From Octopus vulgaris (lineage: Eukaryota): a stretch of 64,000 bases of DNA. The number at the start of each line of letters is the position of its first letter. The stretch's first letter is position 1. Both the position numbers and the translations under genes were made by a program. A model generated the notes under the pieces. The model did no database searches, was not told the DNA's origin, and saw only the letters and a list, made by a program, of their open reading frames with translations. The stretch spans positions 41,106,001-41,170,000 of the forward strand of contig OX597832.1 of assembly GCA_951406725.2 (NCBI GenBank), read 5' to 3'. Positions 11,855 through 24,386 of this stretch are shown here, piece after piece.

Positions 11855-12060
11855 GGTAGAGCAACAAACAAAATGCTTTGCGCGTCTGCCATTACGTTCT
11901 GAGTTCAAATTCCTCCGAGGTCGACTTTGCCGTTCGTCCTTTCGGGGTCGATTAAATAAGTACCAGTTACGCTCTGGGGTCGATATAATCGACTTAATCC
12001 GTTTGTCTGTCCTTGTTTGTCCCCTCTATGTTTAGCCCCTTGTCGGTAGTAAAGAAATAG
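11855..12060 (+). mobile_element. SINE family B
   Basis: gagttcaaattcc...ggggtcgat...taaagaaata. Confidence 0.85.
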
Positions 12061-12666
12061 GTATTCCCTTAATAGTATGAATTCAAAACCTATTGTCTAT
12101 ACCAAAGCAGATTACTGTTATATTTAAGATGATGCTTGTGTCTACATATAATGGCCTAATCATAATTAAAATCGATTGGATATTCTAGATGTTTGGCCAA
12201 TAACTTTACAAACCTATTCGGCATGGTTAATACAGAAGTGGGAGAGAATAGCAGCAGATGAGCTTCATGATTTACTGGGATGGTATGCTACGTCTAACGA
12301 AATCTATGGTTCAAAAGTCCCCATGACTCAGTCATTTGCTCAATAAAGGCCGATTCAGAAAATATCCACTTGTAGACGTCAATGGACACTGCTCTCAGAC
12401 ACTGTACGAAGATGTACACCAAATGGTAAGTGCAGATAAGCAGCAAATGTCACGGTCGAGCGAAGGTCATCTTGTTCGACTCTGATGTGGTCACCCCTAT
12501 TATCTATGTACCTACAAATGGACCAACAAAGTAAGCCGATGTCTGTTCACTCCATTTACTAGAAATATCAAACAAATTTCTCTGAAATCACGTTCTATTA
12601 TCCCGAAAAACCATATGGACATACTGGATAATTTAGTTTGGGGTACAATATTTGGAACGTCTTTGG

Positions 12667-12880
12667 GATCTTTTCGCTTTGACCGGCATATTTTTAAAAT
12701 AATTTCTTTGAAACTAAACACTTTTAAACTTCGTATACTGGTAGGATGTGTTACATAAAACATCTTTTTCTCTTGGCTTTCTTGAGAAAATTCTGTAGTT
12801 TGTAAGCTATTTGTTGTTTAATTTCTTAATTTTCGGCAATTTCAACCAATCAATGACGTCTATTGAAGTGAAAACAATAT
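12667..12880 (+). mobile_element. Truncated, diverged copy of the GGATC-TIR MITE
   Basis: ggatcttttcgctttgaccggca...aaacttcgtatactggtag...caaccaatcaatgacgtctattg matches 23443-23855. Confidence 0.8.
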
Positions 12881-12930
12881 CTGTCGAAGTCTGACATTGA
12901 CCATGAGTTCAACGACAGCAAAAGACATAC

Positions 12931-12970
12931 GGAAACATTGGGCAGTGAAGAGAATGCCATATACCTTACG
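12931..12970 (-). CDS. Candidate small exon (VRYMAFSSLPNVS)
   Basis: Acceptor ttgtgttatgtaacAG and donor GTATGT. Phase fits 9531-9580. Confidence 0.25.
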
Positions 12971-13744
12971 CTGTTACATAACACAACATACAGTTAACCA
13001 GTGCATGTCAAAATATGCAAAATGGTCCATAACAAGACACCCCCCCCCAAAATCGAGACCTCTACTGTGAAGGGAGTGCATTTACACACAATCACACCAT
13101 ACCAGATAAAAATTAACCATTGCATGAGAGAATGAGTGAGTCTGATAAATGAACGAATGATTGCGTTCATAAATGAATGAGAGAATGAGAGAATGAATGA
13201 ATGGAGACTACGTGATAGAATGACTAAATGAATGAGTGATCGAATATTGGAACTGAATGGGTGAATAAAGATGTATGAATGAGCAACCTCTGGTGCATGC
13301 AGACACGTATACACACTCAGATTCACACACAAATACACGCGTGTGAAAATACACATCTCCGAACAACATATACATAACTATGCACACACACACACAGACA
13401 TACACATTACATACTACATGTACACATACCACAGATGATTTTAAAAAAAACAACAACATGAAATAAGTTACGTTCGTCTGGCTGACGTCGAAGCCAATGT
13501 CTGACTGATGTAGATGTAATGCTATGTATGTGTATGCGTAGCTATGTAGGTTATGTTATGTGTGTAATATGTAGAGTAAGGATGTATGAGCGTGTAGAGT
13601 ATATAGTATGTAGAATATGGGTGTATACAGGTGTAGTGTCTATTATATATAGTGTGAGTGTGTATCTATGTACGATATGTGATGTTATCTTAAATATTTT
13701 TATTTTTATTTTCTTTCAGTTAATGAGTTGCGTCAATACTATGA

Positions 13745-13781
<37 letters not shown>

Positions 13782-13782
<1 letters not shown>

Positions 13783-13951
13783 CTCTTTTACTTGTTTCAG
13801 TCATTTGACTGCGGCCATGCTGGAGCATCGCCTTTAGTCGAGCAAATCTTTGTATGCCCAGTACTTATTCTATCGGTCTCTTTTGCCGAACCGCTAAGTT
13901 ACGGGGACGTAAACACACCAGCATCGGTTTCAAGCAATACTAGGGGGACAA

Positions 13952-14029
<78 letters not shown>

Positions 14030-14135
14030 GTATATATGTATATACACACATATATATATATATATATATATGTGTGTATGTATGTATTGTGTGTAGGTGT
14101 ATGTATATATAGATATATATATATGTATATATTTA

Positions 14136-14205
<70 letters not shown>
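13782..14205 (-). mobile_element. SINE family A 3' half with greatly expanded (CA)n/(TA)n
   Basis: actcttttacttgtttcagtcatttgactgcggccatgctggagca followed by about 250 bp of microsatellite. Confidence 0.85.
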
Positions 14206-14206
<1 letters not shown>

Positions 14207-14334
14207 TGGGTCAGGGGGTTAGGCAATACCATGACCTTTGCAGGCTCTCGTAGACCAGCGTGATGGATGCCACTAATATTAGTTTCATGTTTTGGCACAA
14301 GGCCAGTAATTTTGGGGGTACGGGGCAAGCCGAT

Positions 14335-14693
14335 TACATGGTTCTGGGTTCATTCCCACTGCGTGGAACCTTGGGCAAGTGTCTTCTACTATAGCCTCGG
14401 GACGACCAAAGCCTTGTGAGCGCATTTGGTAGACGGAAACTGAAAGAAGCCCGTCGTATATATATATATATACGTATGTGTGTGCATATGTTTGTGTGTC
14501 TGTGTTTGTCACCCCAAAATCGCTTGACAACCAATGCTGGTGTGTTTACGTCCCCGTAACTTAGCGGTTCGGCAAAAGAGACCGATAGACTAAGTACTGG
14601 GCTTCCAAAGAATAAGTCCTGGAGTCGATTTACTCGACTAAATGCGGTGCTCCAGCATGGCCGCAGCCAAATGACTGAAACAAGTAAAAGAGT
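14335..14693 (+). mobile_element. SINE family A, 5'-truncated
   Basis: Matches family A from the B-box to the tail. Confidence 0.85.
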
Positions 14694-15756
14694 CGTTCCA
14701 AACGTGACAATCCCTTATTTTATTCAGACAGTATATTTATGACTATATCATCCAATGTTGTTCCTTGCTGCTTTTCTTGTTTCATTCTAAGTCACTCAAA
14801 TACTGCCGATACATCCACATTTTTTCTATCCTGTCACCCTGATATAACTCAATTCCCAAACTCTGTTCTTAAAACTTGCCTCCGCTCCACCCAGTTGACC
14901 TATAAATGGAAAAGATGCTACAAAAGAGAAATAAAATATGATACATTCGGTGATGTAACGTGGGTAGAGCGGCCTACACCAAATGGACCACTTTATAAAA
15001 TAGTGTTTGCTGTAGTTGAATGTACGTCATATTTAAGGGAGGGACAGCCAATTTGGTTAGTGCACAGGATAGACGAGGGCTGACTAGATTGAGAATATAT
15101 TTGATTGTACATCTGCTGGAACAAAGCTTAGGATTAAACAAGAATAGCAACAACAATAAATGACAAATTGGATAGTATAATCATAATAACTATGTCAGAA
15201 AAATGGGTTCGTCAGCGCACGCCACTGGATACTTTACCATAACAATATCAATATTCTCGGCATCCCTAAAGTGTCTCTTAAGAAGTCTCCAAACATTATC
15301 TATAGACATCTGCCGTGATCTTTGTCAGAATTTGCAGGTGAATCAGTGAAACGAGGTACCACCTGATTGGTAGACATTCTCAAAATAGTTTAAGTTACAC
15401 ATTACCGGTTTTAGAAACAAAAATGGACAGATCAGATAATGTGGTAGGAAATAAACCAAAAATCATGGCTAGAACGACATTAAACATAGGTCTGCTCAGT
15501 AACAGGCATACGAAACTAGATTGGACAGGGAAGAAACTGTAACATGACCAGACCGTTTGAACTGAGCAATTTTTGAACTCACAAAAAACTCCTCGTTGTG
15601 GTCGTCTTCGTCATCATCATCAAAAAACAACAACAAAAGGAGGTCACTCACTTCATAGTGTACAATGTATGAAAAGACGGGACCGCCACGGCTAGAATGA
15701 CTCTGAACGCAGGTTTGCATGGATGAGACTGATGTTGCTAAAGAGGCAGCAACAGG

Positions 15757-16020
15757 AACACCTAAAGCTCCACGGGGCTCCGGCAGGGGGAGGAGTGGCG
15801 ACCCCTGTTGTACTCTTTCACCCCAACTTTCTCTCACACTTTCTTCCTGTTTCTTGTCCCCGACTTCCTCCGCAACCGCTGAGCCTGGATGCGCATTCAT
15901 CCATCCGTCGATGCTATCGGTGTCGGGGGGTTGACCTGCTTTCTCTTCTGCGGGTCTTACGAATAGCAAAGGACCACGTTTCGGACTTCTTCCATCTTGC
16001 GAGCTCTGGGACGAAGACCG
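15757..16020 (+). mobile_element. Fragment of tRNA-SINE family D
   Basis: aacacctaaagctccacg.ggctccggcaggggg...ccctg.tgtactc is shared with 60307-60565. Confidence 0.7.
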
Positions 16021-16603
16021 TTTTTTAAAGTCCAGAACATAATAAAAGAACGTAAACAAAATACTTAGCACGTATCATTTTGTGAGTGCTCCACTTGTTT
16101 TTTTTTTTTCCAGATCATCCATTAATTCAGCTAGGATCATGAGAAAAACTTAGAATTTAGCATTTCCCATCGCAATGTGTCATGCTCCAAGCAGAACCAT
16201 AATCATAAAAAGCTCCTTAATTTTATATTTGCTAAATTCGTGATTACACACACTTGTATAATTATATATGTTGTGTCTATGGTGTATGCATGTGTACTGG
16301 ATTATAAACCTTAGTCTTGAAACGAAAGCGAAAACGAAATTAAACTCCAGAGATTACTCTACGTATCCCATACATTGTACACGTACGGAACACTTTAATA
16401 GCAAAAGTAGTCGATATTTTAAGGTGATGCCTGACAATAGTGCAATTGTATCAATGCATTTCTGTATTTCTCCAAAGGAAAAACTTATTGCAAAACTGAA
16501 TGACTGAATAAGTGTGTATGTACATTGTTTTCCTCGTTGATAGTGTTCGAACGAAATAAACTTTCAAACACAGCACTCAATATATATATATATATATATA
16601 TTT

Positions 16604-16818
16604 CGTTTTGGGATTTGGTTTGCAAGATTCTTTAAGTAAGTTTGTGTGTTGAAGCATATTCTGTTGTGTCTGGGGAGAGTCATTTTCTTTTTGTGTCTTA
16701 TGTCTTGAAAAGGTTGCAAGTCGCAACGAAAATTTTAGGAAAATGAAAATAAGAAACAAGTGGAAATTTTACCGCTGACTGTGTTAAATTATAAGGCACA
16801 AAAAAAGAAAATTACTCT

Positions 16819-16820
<2 letters not shown>
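16604..16820. mobile_element. Foldback/MITE family copy
   Basis: ggagagtcattttctttttgtgtcttat ... ataaggcacaaaaaaagaaaattactctcc inverted arms. Same family as 28076-28300. Confidence 0.7.
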
Positions 16821-16884
<64 letters not shown>

Positions 16885-18314
16885 CTTTAACACGAAATAA
16901 CTTCTAAAAACGTTAAGAGTAAACCCTGTTCTTTGTGACACATTCTACCAGTATCCTAAGTTTCAAAGTGTTTAGTTAAAAAAAATTAATTAAAAATCTG
17001 GCCATCAGATTGAAAAGATTCATATATATATATATATATATAACATTAAGATTCCGTTGAATTAGGGACTTAAATTGAGGCACCTTGTTAGATCGGTATA
17101 ATCAGCACACCCAAATAATATTAATTGAATATCAAAATTGTGTGCAGGTGTAATTTGCACCTGATATTCCTGCCGCAACCCAGCTGAGTGAAGATATCCG
17201 CTCTTCGCCGTTTACTGTTCCATTAAGATAAGATGAACGAAAAAAAGTTCTCCATCCTGTGCGAGATAAATATCATTTAATGTTTTACGAGCTTCTTGCT
17301 TTGGGGATGCGGTTCTATGCGGTGTTTTTTTTTTTTTTTTTGATAACATGCCTTGTGTCTCCAAGCAATCTTTAGGCCCTCTACATAAAATGAACCTTTT
17401 TGAATTTATTCCAGCTTGAAGTTTTTAAAATGTTCCCCAGATTAAAAACAAAAGGGGGAATATCTAATTTTTTCTCCACTTTCTTTACAATTTTATCACA
17501 AAAAAAGAAAGTGCGTTTAATACGGATCTGTTACGCCCACTAAGTGTTTCAAGGGTTGTGAGTTCGATAGAAGATTGCATCCGCGAAGATTGACTTTAAT
17601 CTAAATGGTATTAATAAAGCGAAAAGCATTTGGGTCTGCCTCCAGCAAGGAGATAAACGGTGCTGTGGCACAATGCTTCGTCTATTTATATTTTGGACGT
17701 TATGGTGTAGTCTAAGGAAGATTTGGCTGCTATTTCTAGCAGATCGAGAGACCACGTGTAGGTTTCGGACACGTTCACCCCGCCCTCCTCCCATGTCAAT
17801 AGACATCAGCTCGGATGATGTCAGCAATGGAGGTTTTCTTTATTATTAATTTCTAGTAAAAATGCGAAATTACATCAAGACTACATTTAAAAAAAATAAT
17901 CTGGAGAAAATTTGAAAATCTTCAAGGGGTTGGAAGAAATTTAACAAGTTTCTATTTGAGTTCAAATTCTAACTGGGGTCGATAAAATAAGTACCAGTTC
18001 AGCAATGGGGCTGGTGTAATCAATTTAGTCCTTCCCTTGAAATTGCTGGCCTTGTACCAAAATTTGAAACCAATATTTGATACCACATTGAGTGGATGAG
18101 CTGGCAGAATCGTTACTGGCACCGGAAAAAATGCTTTTCTTTCAACTTTAGATCCTCAGTTCAAATTCTGCCAAGGCTGAATTTGCCTCTCATCATTTTG
18201 GGGCCAATAAAATAAGTATCAGTCGAATACTGGGGTTGATTTAATCGACTTAGCTCCTCCCTCAAACCTGCTGGCCTTCTGCCAAAATTTGGAACCAATG
18301 TTAGGTACCACATT

Positions 18315-18556
18315 GCAGCCGGTTCAATCATGTGTGATCCTATCAAATGGGGATGATACACAAAAAGAGGTAATTTCTACTCTCCTCCTCTGGAAGCCAT
18401 CTACTCGCGATGCCAGAGGGCGCACACTTTCCTACCCTGATGTAATCTCCAGGGATACAGGCACCCAGCAACAGGACCTCCGTAATGCCATGATGGACCG
18501 TGAAGTCTGGTAAATTCCATTGTCTCGACCCTGGTCGAACAATGATGATGATGATG
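18315..18556 (+). mobile_element. RTE-clade LINE 3' end with (GAT)n tail
   Basis: ORF 18289..18513 has EVISTLLLWKP...RGRTLSYPDVISRDTG...LRNAMMDREVW then (gat)n. The same tail occurs inverted at 53453-53530. Confidence 0.75.
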
Positions 18557-18899
18557 ACACACAATTGAAACATTCCTAATATGGTAGTTAACATTACACA
18601 CACACACACACACACACACAAATACATTGGCTGTCGGTTATGATAATTGCCATGCTGATGACATCCGTCGAGACAAACATGTGTCCACAACTGTCCGCTT
18701 ATCTCTGTTCAATAAACTTGTCCTCTTCATTAATGACATGTCAACATTGGAGAATTCTTGAGATTTGAAATTATCTTCTCTTCTCATATTGAGCTAGCTT
18801 CAGTTATTGTTTGATAATTGGGACACATCCTACTGCAGAAGTAGAAATAATTTCCATAAATTAAGTATTTATGTTGTATAGTTTTTGAAATACTTACAC

Positions 18900-19870
18900 T
18901 TATCTGTGTTGTGTGTGATCTTTGAACACCTTGATTTTTGGGCATCAGCTTGACCTGGGTGTTGCAGGCAAAGCCGTTGGTGTCTTTCTAAACTGTACCC
19001 CACAGATAGTAATCATTGGTATTACAATTGAGGGAATTAGGAGGCCAGGAATTGGGGCTAATGAAATTGTAGAAGTTCTCCAACAACTACTTCTGACTCT
19101 TTGCGGATGTATAGCAAAGATCCAATTCCTGCTGCCACACACATGGCATTCCATTAGCGACCCTCTCCAGCCAAAGATTGACCAGAGTCTCCAGAAGCTT
19201 CAAATAGCTGTCTGAATTGAGTGCAAAGTTCTGTTCAAAAATGTGGGGATGAATTCTGGCATATTTGTGCTGTCAGTTTGCCTTCTGTAATTGTATCCCT
19301 CTATGCTTCTTATTTCCTTATTGCCCACAAGGGGCTAAACACAGAGGGGATAAACAAGGACAGACAAAGGGATTAAGTCAATTACATCGACTCCAGTGCA
19401 TAACTGGTACTTAATTTATCGACCCCGAAAGGATTAAAGGCAAAGTTGACCTCGGTGGAATTTGAACTCAGAACATAAAGACAGACGAAATACTGCTAAG
19501 CATTTCGCCCAGCATGCTAACGTTTCTGCCAGCTCGCCACCTTTATCCCTTTATGCTGGCATCAGCATTGTAGTCGCCATTGCAGATGTCCATGTCACGT
19601 CTTGCGGCCGTCACAGTGGTCACAGATCATTGAACAGCAATCATGATGTTGGTATTTTGACACCTTGGCACAAATCATCACCATACAGGAAATTCTTTTT
19701 CCAATATTCAGAAAGCTTCCTGTCCTCTGTGTCTGTTAACTTTTTCTCAACAATTTCAATGCTGCTGACTTCACCAATACATCAAGCTGTTTCTGGAAAA
19801 AAAAAAAAGGAAAAGAGACATAAAAAAATCATCAAAGTTGGATCAAACACCTTGTGTGCGTTTGAAGTTC
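18900..19870 (-). mobile_element. Decayed Tc1/mariner (maT-like) transposon, interrupted by SINE B (19313-19541)
   Basis: Homologous to 62620-63240 and 52010-52280. Frameshifted remnants of the catalytic C-terminus. The SINE is flanked by the duplication tatccct(c/t)tatgct. Confidence 0.6.
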
Positions 19871-20715
19871 TTCTAGTTCTGTTGTTTGTTGTGTTGTAAT
19901 TACCATATCGGTGGTTCAGTAGGTTTTGTTCAATATATTTAGTTCACTAGTTTTATTGTGTACTATAGTTTTTTGGGGATGCCGTTTGTGGGAGGAATTT
20001 ACTTTGTTTTACAGATATCGCTTTTTTTTATGTCTAGCTTTGTAGTTATAAGTTAATACTATTTTGTATGTGTGTGATGTTATTATTATTATAATCAGTT
20101 GTTTTATGTATGGGTATATTATGTTTATATTGCACTCCTATTGCTTGTCTATTGATTCTCAGGCAGAGTTTATGTTTTTAACATTGTTGATACTGCTGGA
20201 CTGAATGGTCCTGCCCAGGTGTCGAAACCATTGTGATATTCATTAGACAGCTGATGAAGGGAACGTATGTTTGATATACGTGTTTGTGAATCTTTTATAT
20301 ATTGGGGTCTGGTTATTCTGAGTCCACCTTCATTCTAGTAAGGCTGAACTAGTTTTTGCATTTGTGGTTTACGATGATTACATATATATTAATATTGCCT
20401 GATTGATTTCATGGGTAATCTCATTTGGCTAAGGTAATACTTAATTAATGGTTTCTAGTTTTGGGACATTTTGTGGCATATACATATATATGTGTGTGTG
20501 TGTTGTCTAGCTGTACATCATAATTTATTTATTTTAAATAGTGTATGCAAATTCTTCACAAACACACAAAAACTGAATTGGTTTCGTGCACACCACATAC
20601 ATACATATATACACATAACATCATATACTGTTCCCAACACATATACATTCACCGCACCCTATAGACATAATTGTTTCATCCACACCTCTCCCCAGACTTG
20701 ATAAAACACATTTAC

Positions 20716-20744
20716 CTGCTAACACTGGCACCTAACCCAGAAGT
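20716..20744 (-). CDS. Candidate 29-nt exon (TSGLGASVSR)
   Basis: Acceptor ctactatctacAG and donor CAG|GTAAAT. Confidence 0.3.
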
Positions 20745-21173
20745 CTGTAGATAGTAGTAGTAATAGCAGCAGTGCCAGTTGTATAACCAGTGATTGAGTT
20801 GGGTGTGGTTGTGTAGTGATGATGGTGTCGGTAGTGTTGGTGCAGTGTTTGGCGGTGAGGGTGGGACTATCTGAATCACTTTCACAAACCAGCATTCAGT
20901 CATTCATTATTTAACTGCGTAGTAGAGAACACACGTTCAATCCACCACCACCACCACCACCACCTCCACCTTTATAACTACTACCACCACTACTATTATT
21001 CTAACCCCTACTTTTTCTATGATGGCTACTGCTGCTTATTCTATCTCGTCTACTGACATCATCTCCACATTTACTAATATCACAATCACCATCATACTAC
21101 TATTATCAGCATCAATACCATTACCATCATCACCACCTATGACAGTGTTGCTGGTTATAATTGTGGTTGTATT

Positions 21174-21351
21174 TCATCTGCCGTTACGTTCTGAGTTCAA
21201 ATTCCGCCGAGGTCGACTTTGCCTTTCATCATTTCGGGGTCGATAAATTAAGTACCAGTTACGCACTGGGTTCGATGTAATCGACTTAATCCCTTTGTCT
21301 GTCCTTGTTTGTCCCCTCTATGTTTAGCCCCTTGTGGGCAATAAAGAAATA
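21174..21351 (+). mobile_element. 5'-truncated SINE family B with 18-bp TSD
   Basis: tataattgtggttgtatt on both sides (21156 and 21352). Confidence 0.9.
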
Positions 21352-21482
21352 TATAATTGTGGTTGTATTGAGAGTATGGGTTGTGTAGGGTTTATCCAGT
21401 TGTGCCAAGGTTGTAATTTTATGTACACATGGAAGATAAAATGTCTAGAATTCAATTCAGTAACAGCAACCTAAGCCTTTAA

Positions 21483-22174
21483 GGATCTTTTCGGTTTGAA
21501 CGGCAGTTTTTTTTAATAATTTCCACGTAACTAAACACTTTTAAACTTCGTATACTGGTAGAATGTGTTTATAAAACATTTTTTTCTCTTGGCTTTATTG
21601 AGAAAATTCTATAGGTGTAAGATATTTGTTGTTTTTTTTCTGCAATTTCAACCAATCAATGACGTCTATTGAGGTGAAAACATTCTGTGCCGTATGAATA
21701 TGTCCCTCGTTTAAGAAACCAGATTGGGTTTATTTACATTTGTGAAGAAAAAAAGATACCCTTCCCCCCACCCCTAACCCTAAAACATTGAAATGCAATA
21801 GATCGATACTAGCGTCATAATTATGGGTGACAATTTCATATATGGTAGAATGTGTTTATAAAACATCTTTTTCTCTTGGCTTTATTGAGAAAATTCTATA
21901 GTTTGTAAGATATTTGTTGTTGTTTTTCTTCAATTTCAACCAATCAATGACGTCTATTGAGGTGAAAACATTCTGTGTCGTATGAATATGTCCCTCGTTT
22001 AAGAAACAGATTGGGTTTATTTACATTTCTGAAGAAAAAAAAAGGATACCCTTCCCCCCACCCCTAACCCTAAAACAGATTGAAATGCAATAGATCGATA
22101 CTAGGGTCATAATTATGGGTGACAATTTCATATGACACCGCTAGAAAAAACTGCCGTTCAAACCGAAAAGATCC
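21483..22174 (+). mobile_element. GGATC-TIR MITE with internal tandem duplication
   Basis: 29-bp TIR ggatcttttcggtttgaacggcagttttt / aaaaactgccgttcaaaccgaaaagatcc. An internal ~290 bp segment is present twice. Confidence 0.9.
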
Positions 22175-22418
22175 TAGGTTTTGTTATAATGTCATAGTAA
22201 AAGATGTAAAAGATGGCATTTAACCACGTAGACATTGTCCTATTCTATACATTTAACCATTGTTGCTTGAGACAAGCAACAGAGTGATTCAAGGGCCCAA
22301 AGTTTCTTGTGTTGGTGCTTATCAAACTTTTATTTGATAAGTGGTAACGCATGTAACTCTCGACCCCTCAGTCACTCTTGCTTTTGCTAAATATTGATAA
22401 AAATATGTATATATATAT

Positions 22419-22532
22419 CGGGTTCAGTCCCACTGCGTGGCATCTTGGGCAAGTGTCTTCTACTGTAGCCCCGAGCCGACCAATGCCTTGTGAGTGGATT
22501 TGGTAGACGGAAACTGAAAGAAGCCCGTCGTA

Positions 22533-22572
<40 letters not shown>

Positions 22573-22786
22573 TGTGTTTGTGTGTCTGTGTTTGTCCCCC
22601 TAGCATTGCTTGACAACCGATGCTGGTGTGTTTACGTCACCGTCACTTAGCGGTTCGGCAAAAGAGACCGATAGAATAAGTACTGGGTTTACAAGAGAAT
22701 AAGTCCCGGGGTCGAGTTGCTCGACTAAAGGCGGTGCTCCAGCATGGCCGCAGTCAAATGACTGAAACAAGTAAAAGAGTAAGAGT
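22419..22786 (+). mobile_element. SINE family A, 5'-truncated
   Basis: Starts at the B-box cgggttcagtccc, with intact tail. Confidence 0.9.
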
Positions 22787-23442
22787 ATACACTCGTGTTC
22801 TGAGTTCTGTTTGTCATGTTAGCAATAAAAAACCTAGACAGACAGACAGGCAGGCAGATAGACCAACAGATAAACGTGTGTATACAAAGAAAGAGAGAGA
22901 GGGGTGAATTAGATAAAGACCATCCCAGATTGAAAGTGGAAGACCTTCACATCCTGTGTACAAGCATTAAGTGCTCCCGTTTCTCCTCTCATAAACTGGT
23001 CTTTGTTGTAACATCACACACGCCTCCACTTAACGGCCGTTCCCAGCTTTCAGTTCTTTACCGTCTTACTCTCTCTACCTTCCCCTTCCCACCTGCACAA
23101 AGACTATTCTCTCGTTGAGGTCTGCATTTCTCTTTTCCCCTTTTAATTCTCCTTCAACACTTTAAAGTACTTTTCACTCTTCTCTCTCTCTTTCTATCTT
23201 TATCATACTCATAAACTTTATTTCCCTCACTCACACTTACACACACACACACACACACACACTGCTTCGTTTCTCCAACACCAACGCCACCAAATATTAC
23301 CTCTCTCTCTTCTTACACTACAGAGAAATTACATTTTTTTTCTTCAATTTCATCCATCTATATCTCCATTGAACACAGTTCTATTACTTTCATACAAACA
23401 AGAAGTGGTACGGATATTATGATGAAGTATATCTGAGCATTG

Positions 23443-23855
23443 GGATCTTTTCGGTTTGAACGGCAGTTTTTAAAAATATAATTTCCACGTAACTAAACAC
23501 TTTTAAACTTCGTATACTGGTAGAATGTGTTTATAAAACATCTTTTTCTCTTGGCTTTATTGAGAAAATTCTATAGTTTGTAAGATATTTGTTGTTTAAT
23601 TTCTTCAATTTCTGCAATTTCAACCAATCAATGACGTCTATTGTGGTGAAAACATTCTGTGCCGTATGAATATGTCCCTCGTTTAAGAAACAGATTGGGT
23701 TTATTTACATTTGCGAAGAAAAAAAAGATACCTTCCCCCCACCCCTAACCCTAAAATAGATTGAAATGCAATAGATCGATACTAGGGTCATGATTATGGG
23801 TGACAATTTCAAATGACACCGCTAGAAAAAACTGCCGTTCAAACCGAAAAGATCC
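23443..23855 (+). mobile_element. GGATC-TIR MITE, complete ~410-bp copy
   Basis: Perfect 29-bp TIRs and no coding capacity. Confidence 0.9.
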
Positions 23856-24313
23856 TAATGTTTTAAAAAACAAAGTAAATAAAACACAAAATCACAAAGT
23901 AAGGATCAACTAGTCACGACTAGCTAGCGCGGATGCATGAGTACGCGAGTGCGCGCACTGGGACCACTCTTCTTAAATAGTACCAACTTTCCTATTGGTT
24001 TTAATATTATCAGGTGAGGTTGTGTTCCTATGGACTTTTTCGAAAAAATGCACAAGAAAAGAACAGAGCAAGCAACATGGCTACCGTTAATGCATAAAAA
24101 TAACTAAATCTAAACAGACATGGTACAATACAGATACATAAGAACAAAAACATTTCATGAGGAGTAAGTTGGGGAATTAATAAGAATTTTAATATCATAA
24201 AGAGTATGTTTTTACCACAAAAGATGTTGACTATTGTATGAGGATAGGTTGGTGGAATGAGTGTTACTAGGAGGATGATGAACCACCTATTGATCCCCTC
24301 CGTTTTCTTATTG

Positions 24314-24386
<73 letters not shown>

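Noticed and set aside
12376-12425. Plus-strand exon candidate with GTAAGT donor
   Set aside because: No partner exons found, and the surrounding sequence looks like a decayed retroelement tail.
13519-14328. Long ORFs rich in YI/CV/TH (also 31.7-32.7, 40.9 and 47.7-48.3 kb)
   Set aside because: They are translations of dinucleotide microsatellites, poly(T) and SINE sequence.
15496-16071. 191-aa minus-strand ORF
   Set aside because: Mostly antisense of a SINE D fragment and an old dispersed repeat.
17535-17600. Minus-strand exon candidate IKVNLRGCNLLSNSQPLKHLVG
   Set aside because: Phase 0/0 is incompatible with adjacent candidates. It shows that such signals can arise by chance here.
21772-21783. 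Telomeric (CCCTAA)n
   Set aside because: Only two units and part of a MITE body, so not a telomere or true interstitial array.
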